From: Bacteriovoracaceae bacterium
GTDB lineage: Bacteria; Bdellovibrionota; Bacteriovoracia; Bacteriovoracales; Bacteriovoracaceae
Assembly (NCBI GenBank): GCA_041586955.1
Contig: JBFGZE010000080.1
Location: 1-15,213, forward strand
Direction: 5' to 3'
DNA: 15,213 nt
Shown here piece after piece: positions 1 to 8,000 of this stretch. The notes beneath the pieces are model-generated. The model searched no databases and was not told the origin of the DNA. It was given only the letters and a program-made list of their open reading frames with translations. Every line of letters starts with the position of its first letter. Position 1 is the first letter of the stretch. Position numbers and translations under genes: made by a program.

Positions 1-1207
1 AGTGGAGCATGATGAAGAAACGATGATGGAAGCAGATTATATTATTGATATTGGTCCTGGTGCCGGAACGCAAGGAGGGCATATTGTAGAAATGGGCCAT
101 ACTTCAAAGTTTCTTAAATCAAAAAAATCACTCACGGCAAAATACCTTACCAACACAGAATCAATTGAAATTCCTAAAACAAGAAGAAAACTAACAAACT
201 TTATAAAGCTGCGAGGGGCCACCCAGAATAACGTTAAACAAATAGATGTTAATTTTCCCCTCGGTGGCCTTGTTTGTGTGACTGGCGTTTCTGGGTCCGG
301 TAAATCAACCTTAACCCATGAAGTTCTTGTTCCTGCCTGTAAAGAGCACCTCGCGGCTTCAAGTAGTAAAATTATCCATAAGCGGGCCAATTATAAATCA
401 ATCACGGGGCTCAATCATGTTAAATCGATCATAGAACTAGATCAAAGTCCTATCGGTAGAACGCCAAAATCAAATCCCGCCACCTATTCAGGGCTTTTTG
501 ACGAGATTCGCGCCCTGCTTGCGAAGCTGCCTGATTCTCAAGTGCGAGGCTATAAGCCCGGCCGCTTTAGCTTTAACGTCAAAGGTGGTCGCTGTGAGCA
601 CTGTGAGGGTAATGGCGTTAAAAAAATTGAAATGCACTTTCTTCCTGATGTTTATGTGACTTGCAATGAATGTAAGGGGAGTCGCTATAATGAGGAGACC
701 TTATCAATTCATTATAAATCAAAAAATATTTCAGATATCCTTAATATGACCATTGATGAAGCTGCAGAATTCTTCTTAAACCATAAAAAAATACAAAAAA
801 TATTAAGTACTCTACAAAATGTTGGATTAGGTTATATCCACTTAGGACAACCAGCTACCACGCTTTCTGGTGGTGAAGCTCAGCGGTTAAAACTTTCTAA
901 AGAGCTCGCGAAAAGAACAAAGGGTCATTGCCTTTATGTTCTTGATGAGCCTACAACCGGCCTTCATTTTCAAGATATTAAAATTCTTTTAAATGCTTTG
1001 ACGCAATTAATAGACCAAGGTAATACCGTCTTAGTGATTGAGCATAACCTCGATGTTATCAAAACATCAGACCATATTATTGACCTCGGCCCAGAGGGTG
1101 GAAAAGATGGTGGGCAACTTGTTGCAGAAGGAACACCAGAGGAAGTTGCTAAAGTTAAGGCAAGTTTCACCGGTCAATATTTAAAAAAAGTGCTACAGAA
1201 AAAATGA
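1..1207 (+). CDS. uvrA: Excinuclease ABC subunit A, C-terminal part (5' end lies outside the window)
   Basis: Opens with the end of ABC domain 1 (VEHDEE...IDIGPGAG), then Walker [24 protein letters not shown], zinc finger CEHC...CNEC, signature LSGGEAQR, Walker [10 protein letters not shown] and IEHNLD. The GTG at 2 is an internal Val, not a start. Confidence 0.98.
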   Translation, partial: VEHDEETMMEADYIIDIGPGAGTQGGHIVEMGHTSKFLKSKKSLTAKYLTNTESIEIPKTRRKLTNFIKLRGATQNNVKQIDVNFPLGGLVCVTGVSGSGKSTLTHEVLVPACKEHLAASSSKIIHKRANYKSITGLNHVKSIIELDQSPIGRTPKSNPATYSGLFDEIRALLAKLPDSQVRGYKPGRFSFNVKGGRCEHCEGNGVKKIEMHFLPDVYVTCNECKGSRYNEETLSIHYKSKNISDILNMTIDEAAEFFLNHKKIQKILSTLQNVGLGYIHLGQPATTLSGGEAQRLKLSKELAKRTKGHCLYVLDEPTTGLHFQDIKILLNALTQLIDQGNTVLVIEHNLDVIKTSDHIIDLGPEGGKDGGQLVAEGTPEEVAKVKASFTGQYLKKVLQKK

Positions 1208-1968
1208 ATGAAACATTATCAAAAGAAGAATTTTTAAATAAATACCAAATAAAAGAAGGTACTCTTCATAAAGAGGGCCTTATCATTTGTGAATCGAGAC
1301 GGATTATTGAAAAGGCCCACCAAGTGGGGATTCATTTCCTTTGTCTTTGCTGCAAAGATGAAGACTTTTCTTATTATAAGGAACTCTATCCTAAAGATAA
1401 TCTTTTCTCCTTGTCAGAAGGTGATTTTGATAAATTATGTAAGTTTAAATTCCATAGAGGAATCATCGGTATCGCCAAAAGGCCTTCGCTTCCCAATATA
1501 AATGACATGAAAGGTCCCGCGGTCTTTATCAATGGCCTTTCAAAGTCTGAAAATGTTGGCGCCATTATTAGAAGCTGCTCTGGCTTTGATATTAAGAATT
1601 TAATTTTTGATAAAAAATCGTGTTCACCCTATTTAAAAAGGGCCTTGCGTACATCGATGGGAAATACCTTTTTTACCAATATATACAGTGACCAAAATTT
1701 TGATTCTATTTCCATTCTTAAGAAAAAAGGCTACCAAATCATTGCTACAGCAAATGCCTCAGATGCCAAAAATGTCCATGAAGTTTCCTTTCAAGAAAAT
1801 ACGGTATTTATCATTGGCAGTGAAGGGCATGGAATTGAGGAAGAATTGATGAAACAATGCGACCTAACATGTAAAATTGAAATTACTCCAAAGGTCGCAC
1901 ATCTAAATGCCGCTTGCGCAGCTTCTATTTTCTTTTATCAATATAGTCTTATTCGTAATTTTTCATAA
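1204..1968 (+). CDS. TrmH/SpoU family (SPOUT) RNA 2'-O-methyltransferase
   Basis: Motifs [18 protein letters not shown] and [10 protein letters not shown], plus HRGI in the N-terminal domain. ATGA overlap with the uvrA stop. Confidence 0.9.
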   Translation: MNETLSKEEFLNKYQIKEGTLHKEGLIICESRRIIEKAHQVGIHFLCLCCKDEDFSYYKELYPKDNLFSLSEGDFDKLCKFKFHRGIIGIAKRPSLPNINDMKGPAVFINGLSKSENVGAIIRSCSGFDIKNLIFDKKSCSPYLKRALRTSMGNTFFTNIYSDQNFDSISILKKKGYQIIATANASDAKNVHEVSFQENTVFIIGSEGHGIEEELMKQCDLTCKIEITPKVAHLNAACAASIFFYQYSLIRNFS

Positions 1969-2416
1969 GAGAGGCCATCTCAATCGCGGATAAAGCTGAA
2001 TCCCAGCCTTTATTACCTGATTTTGTACCAGCTCTTTCAATCGCTTGCTCAATATTATCAGTTGTAATGACACCGAAAATAACAGGAACTAAGCTTTCTA
2101 ATGAAGTATTTGAGATACCTTTTGCCACTTCCTTAGCCACAAAATCAAAATGAGGTGTGCTACCGCGGATAATCGCGCCAAGACAAATAATTCCATCATA
2201 CCTTTTTGTAAGTGCCATTTTTTTGGCCACTAATGGTATTTCAAAGGCACCTGGAACCCAAGCAATATCCACATCACTTTCCGCACATCCATGTCTTTTT
2301 AAACAATCAAGTGCACCTTCCATTAACTTACTGGAAATGAAGTCGTTAAACCGACCCACGATTATGCCAAACTTTCGTCCCTCGGCATTAAGGTTTCCTT
2401 CATAACGGTTAACCAT
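1949..2416 (-). CDS. ribH: 6,7-dimethyl-8-ribityllumazine synthase
   Basis: [41 protein letters not shown]; 155 aa; AGGAG upstream. Confidence 0.98.
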   Translation of the reverse strand: MVNRYEGNLNAEGRKFGIIVGRFNDFISSKLMEGALDCLKRHGCAESDVDIAWVPGAFEIPLVAKKMALTKRYDGIICLGAIIRGSTPHFDFVAKEVAKGISNTSLESLVPVIFGVITTDNIEQAIERAGTKSGNKGWDSALSAIEMASLMKNYE

Positions 2417-2422
2417 AATTAG

Positions 2423-2427
2423 CTCCT
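2423..2427 (-). promoter_or_regulatory. Shine-Dalgarno sequence of ribH
   Basis: AGGAG on the - strand, 6 nt before the ATG at 2416. Confidence 0.8.
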
Positions 2428-2432
2428 AACTT

Positions 2433-3665
2433 TTACTGTAAATAATCAAATATATGACCCATTTTTTCTTTTTTTGTTTGCAAATAATCAAGATTAGTCT
2501 CATTGGCCTGGGTTTCGATCGGACAACGATTAACAACTTCAAGGTTAAAGGCCTCAAGTCCAACAATCTTTTTTGGGTTATTGGTGAGTAAACTCATTTT
2601 TGTAACACCTAATAACTTTAAAATTTGAGCGCCAATACCATATTCCCTAAGATCAGATTTAAAACCTAACTTGTGATTGGCCTGGACAGTATCAAGGCCC
2701 TGATCTTGTAAATTGTAGGCTTTGATTTTATTGGGAAGTCCAATCCCACGACCTTCTTGTCTCATATAAACAAGAACACCGGAGCCCTTTTCTTCAATCA
2801 GTTTCATCGAGGCATCTAATTGCTCGCCGCAATCACAGCGCCTGGAACCGAAAATATCACCGGTAAAACATTCCGAATGAACACGCACTAAAGTGACTTC
2901 ATCAGGAGAAATTTCCCCCTTAACAAGTGCCACATGGTGCTCAGAATCTTTGACTGTGCTTTCAAACATGGCCAAATCCCATTCTCCATATTTATTAGGG
3001 AAGGGGATTTTTGAAGTGAGCTTTACCATGTCCTCATTGTGATCAATTTTATTATTATGATTTAAATTTCTATATTGAATAAGATCTTTAATCGTGATGA
3101 TTTTTAAATTAAACTTTTTGGCCATTTCAAATAACTTAGGAGCTCGGGCCATTTCCCCGTCATCATCCATTATTTCACAAATAACGCCTGTCGGGTGAAG
3201 ACCCGCTAAGCTAGCGAGATCAACGGCAGCTTCAGTATGACCGGCCCGACGTAAAACTCCTCCGTCCTTTGCAATGAGTGGAAAAATATGACCTGGCCTC
3301 AATAAGTCGGCAGGTGAAGTACTTTTCTCTATTAAACTGCAAATGGTTTGAGAGCGTGCTTCGGCAGAAACACCTGTTCCTGTTCCGACAAGGTCGATAG
3401 AAACTGTGAAGGCCGTTTCATGGACACTTTGATTACTCACCCCGACCATTAAAGGTAACTCAAGGTCTATTGCTCGCTGGGCGGTAATAGGAGTACAAAT
3501 AATACCACGGCCATATTTCGTCATAAAGTTGACGGCCTCGGGAGTGGCATGTTCTGCTGCCATAATGAAATCGCCTTCATTCTCACGATCCTCATCATCG
3601 AGAACAATAACCATTTTTCCTATTTTAATATCTTCAATGGCACTTTCAATTGTATCAAAATTCAT
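2433..3665 (-). CDS. ribBA: Bifunctional DHBP synthase / GTP cyclohydrolase II
   Basis: N-domain DDEDRENEGD, RPGHIFPL, RAGHTEA, ICEI. C-domain RVHSECFTGDIFGSRRCDC (zinc cysteines present), QEGRGIGL, LTNNPKK. Confidence 0.98.
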   Translation of the reverse strand: MNFDTIESAIEDIKIGKMVIVLDDEDRENEGDFIMAAEHATPEAVNFMTKYGRGIICTPITAQRAIDLELPLMVGVSNQSVHETAFTVSIDLVGTGTGVSAEARSQTICSLIEKSTSPADLLRPGHIFPLIAKDGGVLRRAGHTEAAVDLASLAGLHPTGVICEIMDDDGEMARAPKLFEMAKKFNLKIITIKDLIQYRNLNHNNKIDHNEDMVKLTSKIPFPNKYGEWDLAMFESTVKDSEHHVALVKGEISPDEVTLVRVHSECFTGDIFGSRRCDCGEQLDASMKLIEEKGSGVLVYMRQEGRGIGLPNKIKAYNLQDQGLDTVQANHKLGFKSDLREYGIGAQILKLLGVTKMSLLTNNPKKIVGLEAFNLEVVNRCPIETQANETNLDYLQTKKEKMGHIFDYLQ

Positions 3666-3666
3666 T

Positions 3667-4317
3667 TTAAAAGCCTTTGGATCTAATCCAATCTAATGTG
3701 AGAGCTTGATCCTTTTTTTGATTTGAAAATTTAAATAAGTTTTCCACATATTTTCCAATTAAATCAAACTCGATATTAACATATTCACCTATTTTTAAGT
3801 TCTTAAGAATCGTCCGATTAAATGTATGGGGTATGACAAAAACGTATAATACATTTTTTTCATCATCTATTTCGCTAATCGTTAAGCTGACACCGTTAAT
3901 GGTAATAGAGCCCTCTTCAATTATTGATTTTCTATCGATAGGCTCAAACCGAATACCTACTTTTGCACTTTCTCCAATCCACTCAATCCCTTGTATTGGA
4001 AGCATTTTATTTACGTGACCTTGAACTAAATGCCCCCCTAGACGGTCTGATAAACGCAAGGCCAATTCTAAATTAACTTCCTGTCCAGGTATAAGTTTAT
4101 TAAGGCTTGTTTTCTCTAATGTCGAGGACACAGCTTGCACTTCAAAATACTGGTCACCCAATTTAGTTGCAGTCTGACAAACCCCATTGATTGCAATAGA
4201 ATCATCTATTTTAATTTCTGTTAATAAGTCCGTAGAAAATACTTCAATAAGGTATCCCTCTTTATTGGGACTTATTTTTTTAATTTTTCCAATTTCTTGA
4301 ATCAATCCCGTAAACAA
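3667..4317 (-). CDS. ribE: Riboflavin synthase (alpha chain; ribC in E. coli nomenclature), TTG start
   Basis: N-terminal MFTG motif, SIAINGVCQT, VNLE, GGHLVQGHV, repeat GSITINGVSLT, IPHT. Confidence 0.97.
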   Translation of the reverse strand: MFTGLIQEIGKIKKISPNKEGYLIEVFSTDLLTEIKIDDSIAINGVCQTATKLGDQYFEVQAVSSTLEKTSLNKLIPGQEVNLELALRLSDRLGGHLVQGHVNKMLPIQGIEWIGESAKVGIRFEPIDRKSIIEEGSITINGVSLTISEIDDEKNVLYVFVIPHTFNRTILKNLKIGEYVNIEFDLIGKYVENLFKFSNQKKDQALTLDWIRSKGF

Positions 4318-4319
4318 GG

Positions 4320-5423
4320 TTATATCTCTCTTTTTGAATGCATAATAATTTGATCATTCATTAACTCGTAGGTGACATTTGTAAATTCGATGGCATTTGC
4401 CATATCTACACGGTCTTTATTGACAAAAAATGGTCGCCCATTTCCAATAACCTTAGGTACAGTAATAATACTTAATTTATTGTAGAGATGATTATTGATA
4501 AATGAGGATAATAAATGGCCCCCACCTTCTATTAAAATACTTGTTATTTTTTCTTGGCCAAGCTTTTCTAACGACTCTTCAATAAAACGTGACTCATTTT
4601 CAATAGTAATAATTTTAATATGATGATCTTTAAAATGTGCCTTTTGCTTATTTGTCATTTGCTCAATATCGGCCTTTTTGGCAATGATGATTGTTTTATT
4701 TGCAAGAGGTGGCATTAATAATTGATTCTTTAAATTAAGCAAATTCGGATTGGCGAAGATAACCTTAAACGGCTCTTTACCTTTATTTTCAACACCCATG
4801 CGAATATTTAAACGTGGACTATCTTTATCCAATGTTTTCCTACCAATTCCAATAGCGTCGTATTTAAGACGCAATTGGTGAACCCACTTTCTTGCCGCTT
4901 CATCAGAAATCCACTTAGAGCTACCATTATCAGTACAAATTTTTCCATCGAGGGTTTGGGCGACCTTAATGTGAACAAAAGGGGTCTTATATTTTATGAA
5001 GTGAAAAAACACTTCATTAAGCTCTTGGCCTTCATTATCTAAAATACCACTTATTACCTCTATACCTGCGTCTCTTAACTTCTGAACACCCTTACCCGCA
5101 ACAAGGGGATTAGGATCGATATTTGAAATGACCACCTCTTTAATTCCAGACTTAATAATAAGATCGACGCAAGGAGGGGTTTTTTTATTGGTATGGCAAC
5201 ACGGCTCTAGATTGCAATAAAGGGTAGCTCCCTCAATCGATTTCTTCGCAGACATAATGGCGTTATACTCAGCATGGCCCTCACCAGAGCGCTCGTGATG
5301 GCCACTCGCTATAACAAGGCCATCTTTAACAATTATGGCACCAACGAGTGGATTAGGCGAAGTTGTGCCTAGACCTTGCTGGGCCAATTTAAATGTCTGA
5401 TTAATATAGTATTTGTGATTCAT
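4320..5423 (-). CDS. ribD: Bifunctional riboflavin deaminase/reductase
   Basis: SPNPLVGA, HAE, LEPCCH...PPC deaminase motifs; TLDGKI, SKWIS, EGGG reductase motifs. Start moved to the ATG at 5423 (AAGG 6 nt upstream); the ORF-track start at 5495 lies in the terminator T-tract. Confidence 0.96.
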   Translation of the reverse strand: MNHKYYINQTFKLAQQGLGTTSPNPLVGAIIVKDGLVIASGHHERSGEGHAEYNAIMSAKKSIEGATLYCNLEPCCHTNKKTPPCVDLIIKSGIKEVVISNIDPNPLVAGKGVQKLRDAGIEVISGILDNEGQELNEVFFHFIKYKTPFVHIKVAQTLDGKICTDNGSSKWISDEAARKWVHQLRLKYDAIGIGRKTLDKDSPRLNIRMGVENKGKEPFKVIFANPNLLNLKNQLLMPPLANKTIIIAKKADIEQMTNKQKAHFKDHHIKIITIENESRFIEESLEKLGQEKITSILIEGGGHLLSSFINNHLYNKLSIITVPKVIGNGRPFFVNKDRVDMANAIEFTNVTYELMNDQIIMHSKREI

Positions 5424-5451
5424 ATCAAACCTTATTCTACGGTTTGACATA
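5421..5451. repeat. Inverted repeat overlapping the ribD RBS and start codon
   Basis: Perfect TCAAACC (5425-5431) / GGTTTGA (5441-5447) with a 9-nt spacer. In - strand RNA it extends to 11 bp with two G-U pairs (UAUGUCAAACC / GGUUUGAUAUG). Confidence 0.7.
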
Positions 5452-5493
5452 CCGCTAACGGCACAGAAGTTCAAGGAAGCGTGGCAATAAGAC

Positions 5494-5521
5494 AAAAAAA
5501 AAGGGGAGCCAAAGCTCCCCT
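5494..5521 (-). terminator. Rho-independent terminator downstream of atpE
   Basis: - strand AGGGGAGC-TTTG-GCTCCCCT stem-loop running into a T9 tract, starting 12 nt after the atpE stop. Confidence 0.92.
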
Positions 5522-5533
5522 AACTACCTTAAA

Positions 5534-5830
5534 TTAGATAAGGAAGATTGTAATCAAAGTAAAGATTACTAATGATTCCATAAGTGCAAGACCAAGAATC
5601 ATTGGTACGAAAAGCTTATCAGCAGCAGCTGGATTTCTCGCCATACCTTCTAAAGCTACAGAAGCAGCAGCAGATTGAGAACGAGTTCCACCTAAAGCAG
5701 CAAGAGCTACAGCTAGGAAATAAACACAAGCTTTAATTGTTGAAGCTTGAACATCAGACCAACCACCATCTTGAGCAAGAACAGCGGAAGAAGCTAATAC
5801 AGCAGAAACAGCTACGATCATTTTTTTCAT
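5534..5830 (-). CDS. atpE: F-type ATP synthase Fo subunit c with N-terminal signal-like extension
   Basis: Helical hairpin with loop ARNP; carboxylate E85 lies 20 residues after the loop Arg (LALMESLVIF); strong AGGAG RBS; follows atpB. Confidence 0.96.
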   Translation of the reverse strand: MKKMIVAVSAVLASSAVLAQDGGWSDVQASTIKACVYFLAVALAALGGTRSQSAAASVALEGMARNPAAADKLFVPMILGLALMESLVIFTLITIFLI

Positions 5831-5836
5831 TTTTGA

Positions 5837-5841
5837 CTCCT
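5837..5841 (-). promoter_or_regulatory. Shine-Dalgarno sequence of atpE with upstream U-rich tract
   Basis: - strand TTTTTTATTTAGGAGTCAAAA-ATG. Confidence 0.8.
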
Positions 5842-5859
5842 AAATAAAAAAATTAATTA

Positions 5860-6630
5860 TTAATGCGCATGCTCCTCATCATGATCGTGATGAGAAACCG
5901 CTAGTGATATATAAACCATTGATAAAATTGTAAATACGTAGGCCTGGATAAAACTAACTAAAAGACCCAAAATCATAAAAATGATAGGAACAACTAATGG
6001 TGCTAGGCCAGAAAATACCGAAAGTACAATATGATCACCCATCATATTAGAGCGTAGCCTAAGAGCTAATGATAGGGGACGGATACAATTTGAAATAATC
6101 TCAATGGGAAAAATAAGAAAGGCCAAATACCAAAGGGGTCCGGCAAAATGCTTTACATAATTTAATGTTCCCTGTTCTTTACAGCCCTTGTAATTATAAT
6201 AAATAAATGAAAAGACACCTAGAGCAAGAGTTGTACTTAAGTGTTCCGTCGGAGGCAGAAATCCTGGAATAAGGCCAACCAGATTACACACTAAAATAAC
6301 AAGAAAAGTCGTAGCGACAAACGGGAAATATTTCGATGCTTCTCTTTCCCCCAAGACAGCTTTACATTGGCCCATGATAAATTGGCCGTAAAGTTCTGTA
6401 ATATTACGAAAGGTAATTCCTCTATCAGGAATTACGACATCAGAAATCTTAGAAACTTTTGATCGGTAAATTAAACCACCAATACAAAGTACGATTCCTA
6501 CTAGGATAAAGGTCACAACATGCTCTGGTACATGGACACTATGGCTTAAACCACCGAGCCAAGTAAATCCACCACCGGCTAAAGCATTAAAAGAAAATAA
6601 GGAAATTAAGGCTGCTAGCAAAACTTTCAT
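5860..6630 (-). CDS. atpB: F-type ATP synthase Fo subunit a
   Basis: NLVGLIPG, PIEIISNCIRPLSLALRL (essential Arg R191), IQAYVFTILSMVY; several hydrophobic segments. Confidence 0.97.
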   Translation of the reverse strand: MKVLLAALISLFSFNALAGGGFTWLGGLSHSVHVPEHVVTFILVGIVLCIGGLIYRSKVSKISDVVIPDRGITFRNITELYGQFIMGQCKAVLGEREASKYFPFVATTFLVILVCNLVGLIPGFLPPTEHLSTTLALGVFSFIYYNYKGCKEQGTLNYVKHFAGPLWYLAFLIFPIEIISNCIRPLSLALRLRSNMMGDHIVLSVFSGLAPLVVPIIFMILGLLVSFIQAYVFTILSMVYISLAVSHHDHDEEHAH

Positions 6631-6656
6631 GAAAGTTTACCCCATATCTAATAAAA

Positions 6657-7025
6657 TTAACGCTTCCTATGAATTGCAATAGAAACAATAAAAATCTGCG
6701 TTACGTAGTTTAACAGGGGTATAATTATCTTATTACCTACAAAATGTACACCCAAACTTAATGCAATAAATAAAACTAATATTTTCCCTATAAAAAATGC
6801 CAACATTTTGGTTTTATCCTGCTTCCCCTCCTTGGCAACTTTAGGATTCAAAATCATGGTATGAACAACATGAATCAGAATCCATAAATTGATAAGAGTC
6901 GCGAGGTAGACACCAATAAATACAAGGATTTCTAGAGTATTTTGTGCGAGAAAAAGTGTAATTAATGTGACCCCCAAAGAGGCCGGTATAAATATATTAA
7001 GGTTTATTTTTTCTTTTATTGGCAT
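6657..7025 (-). CDS. Membrane protein, probable ATP synthase protein I (AtpI/UncI-like)
   Basis: 122 aa, about four hydrophobic helices, basic, directly upstream of atpB. Called from position and topology, not from a recognised motif. Confidence 0.65.
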   Translation of the reverse strand: MPIKEKINLNIFIPASLGVTLITLFLAQNTLEILVFIGVYLATLINLWILIHVVHTMILNPKVAKEGKQDKTKMLAFFIGKILVLFIALSLGVHFVGNKIIIPLLNYVTQIFIVSIAIHRKR

Positions 7026-7209
7026 AAAGCACCATCATTAAAAATGAATTAAATATTACGAGGAGCAAAATCCCCATTCCTATCGCCTTGGAAAAGTATC
7101 CCATCTCGCTCAGCGTCATCAAAACATAGGCCAAGAGCCCAATTGTTGAGGGCAAGCTGATCGCAATTCCAAGAACAATTAACCACTGCTTATTAACTTT
7201 GTTCCACAT
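6997..7209 (-). CDS. Small two-helix membrane protein, probable AtpZ/AtpQ-like ('gene 1') ATP synthase accessory protein
   Basis: 70 aa, two hydrophobic segments, basic C-terminus; TAATG coupling to the upstream gene and 29-nt overlap with the atpI-like gene. Confidence 0.6.
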   Translation of the reverse strand: MWNKVNKQWLIVLGIAISLPSTIGLLAYVLMTLSEMGYFSKAIGMGILLLVIFNSFLMMVLYANKRKNKP

Positions 7210-8000
7210 TATCTTTTTCTGGCCAATTTTCGATTATAAATAGAATTAAGCCGCCCCTGTATCAATTTTGTATTTGGATATACTCCCAGAATCGAATAGT
7301 AAATATTATAGGCCATTTTTAAATTTTCAGAAGTTTCGTAGGCATTTCCCATTAGAAATTTTACGAAGGAGATTTTTTTAATATCATTTTCAAGGTTAAC
7401 GTATTTTTTGAAAAATAGAACTGACTTTTTCCACTTCTTATTTTGATAATAGGCGAGACCAATATTATAAATGGCATCAAGGTAATAGCGATGATTCCCG
7501 TTTTTTAGAATTTCTTTAAATAGACTTATTGAATAATCAAATTCTTTCTGCTTTAAAGCACTTAATGCCATTTTATATTGATAGGTTTCGCTGTCTTTTA
7601 GCTTGGGACGAAATTCATATAATTTTTTATAACCGAGGAAACTCTGTTTATAGTTCTTCAAAAGATTGAAGTTAATATTCGCAATTCTCTCGACTGATTT
7701 CACCATCCAAATTGGATCTTTTGAATTTTTAACGACTTGCTCGTAGGCCAATATTGCTTTGGGGTAATTCTGTAAATAAATGGAATGGAGGTCGCCTAGT
7801 TGATAAAAAATCTTGACCTTAAGGGTAGGGTCCAGTCTTTTTTTTAATACCTTTTCATATTTTTTGACGGCCTTAGCATATTCCTGCTTAACAATATGGT
7901 TCTGGGCCTCAATAACTTCTTTTTGGATAACAGATGTAAAGTCACATCCAAAAAGAAGTAAGAGAGTAAATATTAGTCCGAAAGACTTAGACGTTTTCAT
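7209..8000 (-). CDS. Tetratricopeptide-repeat lipoprotein of unknown function
   Basis: Basic N-terminus, hydrophobic stretch, lipobox LFG-C19; TPR-like repeats (FYQLGDLH...[34 protein letters not shown]). Confidence 0.85.
   Translation of the reverse strand: MKTSKSFGLIFTLLLLFGCDFTSVIQKEVIEAQNHIVKQEYAKAVKKYEKVLKKRLDPTLKVKIFYQLGDLHSIYLQNYPKAILAYEQVVKNSKDPIWMVKSVERIANINFNLLKNYKQSFLGYKKLYEFRPKLKDSETYQYKMALSALKQKEFDYSISLFKEILKNGNHRYYLDAIYNIGLAYYQNKKWKKSVLFFKKYVNLENDIKKISFVKFLMGNAYETSENLKMAYNIYYSILGVYPNTKLIQGRLNSIYNRKLARKR

Noticed and set aside
37..1501. Short alternative ORFs 37-390, 970-1170 and 1289-1501
   Set aside because: They are antisense or off-frame shadows of uvrA and the methyltransferase gene, with no recognisable motifs.
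5458..5476. Sigma54-like GGCAC on the + strand
   Set aside because: The -12 GC is absent (TTCA) and it faces away from the rib genes.
5424..5495. 24-aa N-terminal extension of RibD in the ORF track
   Set aside because: Its TTG start lies in the terminator T-tract with no RBS; RibD-like sequence begins at ATG 5423.
7200..7215. parS half-site TGTTCCAC at the TPR/atpZ junction
   Set aside because: The second half is missing, and the sequence is explained by the codons for M-W-N.
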